A stretch of 64,000 bases of DNA, from the NCBI RefSeq assembly GCF_963921235.1, contig NC_086118.1, forward strand, positions 21,950,001-22,014,000, given 5' to 3'. The stretch's first letter is position 1; every line of letters begins with the position of its first letter. The notes beneath the pieces are model-generated. The model was not told the DNA's origin, made no database searches, and saw only the letters and a list, made by a program, of their open reading frames with translations. Source of the stretch: Mobula hypostoma (taxonomy: Eukaryota). The position numbers were made by a program, and so were the translations under genes. Below are positions 61,390 through 64,000 of the stretch, piece by piece.

Positions 61390-62735
61390 CACTTGTATTT
61401 CTTCTACCAAAGTGCATGACTATACACTTCATGACACTATATTCCATCTGTCACTTTTTTGCTTGTTGTCCTAATTTGTCTAAGTCCTCCTGTAGCCTTT
61501 CTACTTCCTCAAATTTAACTGTCCCTCCACCTATCTTTGTATTGTCCACAAATTTCAACACAAAGCCATCAACCCTGTCATCCAAATCATTGACATATAA
61601 TGTAAAAAGAAGTGGTCCCAACATTGACCCCTGTGGAACACCACTAGTCATCAGCCGCCAACCACAAAAGGCTCCCTTTATTCCCACTCTTCGCCTCCTG
61701 TTGATCAGCCAATGCTCTATCCAAGCTATTATCTTTGCTGTAATACCATGGGCTCTTAATTTGTTAAGCAGTCTCATGTGTGGCAGCTTGTCAAAGGGCT
61801 TTTGAAAATCCAAGTACACAACATTCACCGATTCTTCTTTGTCTATCCTTCAAAGAATTCCAACAGATTTGTCAAACAAGATTTTCCCTTAAGGAAACCA
61901 TGCTGACTTCAACCTATTTTATCATGTGCCTCTAACTACCTTGAAACTACATCATTAACAATCGAATCCAACATCTTCCCAACCACTGAAGTCAGGCTAA
62001 TTGGGCTGTGATGTCCTTTCTTCTGTCTCTATCCCTTCTTGAAGAGTGGAGTGACATTTGTGACTTTCCAGTCCTCTGGAACTATGCCAGAACTTATTGA
62101 TTCTTGAAAGGGATTACTAATGCCTCCACAATCTTTTCAGCTGAGGTAGACCAGGTGATTTATCTATCTTCAGACCTTTCAGTTTCCCAAGCTTCTTTTC
62201 CCTAGTTGGCAACTTCACTTACTTCTGCCCCTGACACTCTCAAACTTGCGGCAAAATGCTAATGACTTCCATAGTGAAGACTGATGCAAAATACTTATTC
62301 AGTTCATCTGCCACTTCCTTGGCCCCCAGTACCGTCATTTTCCAGCGGTCCAATATTTACTCCTGCCTCTCTTTTTACACTGTGTACATCTGAAGAAGCT
62401 TTTGGTATCCTCGTTATTATTATTGGCTACCTTTATATTCCTTCTTTTCCTTTATAACTTTTTAGTTATCTCCTGTTGGTTTATAAAAGATTCCTACTTA
62501 CTTGCTACTAATTTTTGCTCTATTGTATGCCCTCTCTTTGGCTTTTATGTTGGTCTTGACTTCCCTTGTCAGCCACAGTGTGTATCCTGTCTTTGGAATG
62601 CTTCTTCTTCTTCTTCTTTGGGTTGTATCTATCCTGCACCTTTTGAATTGCTCCCAGAAACTCCAGCCACTGCTGCTCTGCCATCATCCTTGCTAGTGTT
62701 CACTTCCAATCAATTTTGGTTAGCTCCTCTCTTTT
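61390..62735 (-). mobile_element. CR1 ORF2 internal fragment (RT)
   Basis: ORF 61451-61828 VVYLDFQKPFDK...GVPQGSMLGPLLF...FVDNTK. Confidence 0.92.
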
Positions 62736-62736
62736 G

Positions 62737-64000
62737 ACTACATGTGGACTACAAATTACAACTGGAAATAGAAAAGGCTTGTCAGAAGGGCAGTGTTATG
62801 ATAATTGTGGGGGATTTTAACATGCGAGTGGATTGGGAAAATCAGGTCGGCACTGGATCGCAAGAGACAGAATTTATAGAATGTCTGCGAGATGGCTCTT
62901 TAGAACAGCTTGTTGTTGAGCCTACTAGGGGATCGGCTGTGCTGGATTGGGTATTGTGTAATGAACCGGAGGTGATTGGAGAGATTGAGGTGAAGGAACC
63001 CTTAGGAGGCAATGATCATAACGTGATTGAGTTCACAGTGAAATTAGAAAAAGAGAAGCCGAAATCTGATGTGTCGGTATTTCAGTGGAGTAAAGGAAAT
63101 TACAGTGGCATGAGAGAGGAACTGGCCAAAGTTGACTGGAAAGAGACACTGGCGGGAAAGACAGCAGAGCAGCAGTGGCTGGAGTTTATGTGAGAAATGA
63201 GGAATGTGCAAGACAGGTATATTCCAAAAAAGAAGAAATTTTCGAGTAGAAAAAGGATGCAACCGTGGTTGACAAGAGAAGTCAAAGCCAATGTTAAAGC
63301 AAAAGAGAGGGCACACAAGGAAGCAAAAATTAGTGGGAAGAAAGAGGATTGGGAAGTTTTTAAAACCTTACAAAAGGAAACCAAGAAGGTCATTAAGAGA
63401 GAAAAGATTAACTATGAAAGGAAGCTAGCAAATAATATCAAAGAGGATACGAAAAGCTTTTTCAAGTATATGAAGAGTAAAAGACAGGTCAGAGTAGATA
63501 TAGGACCGATAGAAAATGATGCTGGAGAAATTGTAATGGGAGATGAGGAGATGGCAGAGGAACTGAACAAGTATTTTGCATCAGTCTTCACTGAGGAAGA
63601 CATCAGCAGTATACCGGACACTCAAGGGTGGCAGGGAAGAGAAGTGTGCGCAGTCACAATTACGACAGAGAAAGTACTCAGGAAGCTGAATAGGCTAAAG
63701 GTAGATAAATCTCCTGGACCAGATGGAATGCACTCTCGTGTTCTGAAGGAAGTAGCTGTGGAGATTGTGGAGGCATTAGCGATGATCTTTCAAAAGTCGA
63801 TAGATTCTGGCATGGTTCCGGAGGACTAGAAGATTGCAAATGTCACTCCGCTATTTAAGAAGGGGGCAAGGAAGCAAAAAGGAAATTATAGACCTGTTAG
63901 CTTGACATCCGTGGTTGGGAAGTTGTTGGAGTCGATTGTCAAGGATGAGGTTACAGAGTACCTGGAGGCATATGACAAGATAGGCAGAACTCAGCATGGA
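62737..64000 (+). mobile_element. Young CR1 ORF2 (EN C-terminus to RT start), running off the window end
   Basis: ORFs 62744-63193 and 63197-63829 are in one frame (IVGDFN, LDWVL, NDHN, KSPGPDG) with isolated in-frame stops, followed by NYRPVSLTSVVGK. Confidence 0.95.

Overview
Eukaryotic, AT-rich, repeat-dense vertebrate DNA, most likely from a cartilaginous fish. This is an inference from the mix of CR1, Rex/Babar, Penelope and Deu-domain SINE repeats; no database search was possible. I could not support any host protein-coding exon, rRNA, tRNA or CRISPR array, so the window looks intronic or intergenic. Nearly all meaningful ORFs belong to decayed transposons. Main contents: (1) A nested insertion cluster at 7886-16891: a non-coding Rex-tailed element, interrupted by a full-length CR1 LINE, which itself carries a Penelope fragment and a second CR1. 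(2) Many Penelope-like (PLE) fragments whose pseudo-LTRs carry minimal hammerhead ribozymes. An inverted pair with intact cores sits at 59757-59863, inside a 14-bp-TSD insertion. (3) A 3.47-kb internally deleted DNA transposon (41674-45141) with CACTG...CAGTG ends, a Sola2-like transposase remnant and microsatellite flanks. (4) Two Gypsy-type solo LTRs, Tc1 and pogo remnants, two RTE-derived elements with a possible degenerate HDV-like fold, a minisatellite and a 400-nt pure pyrimidine tract. Family names come from recalled motif similarity and need a Dfam/Repbase check. Boundaries without a stated TSD are approximate.
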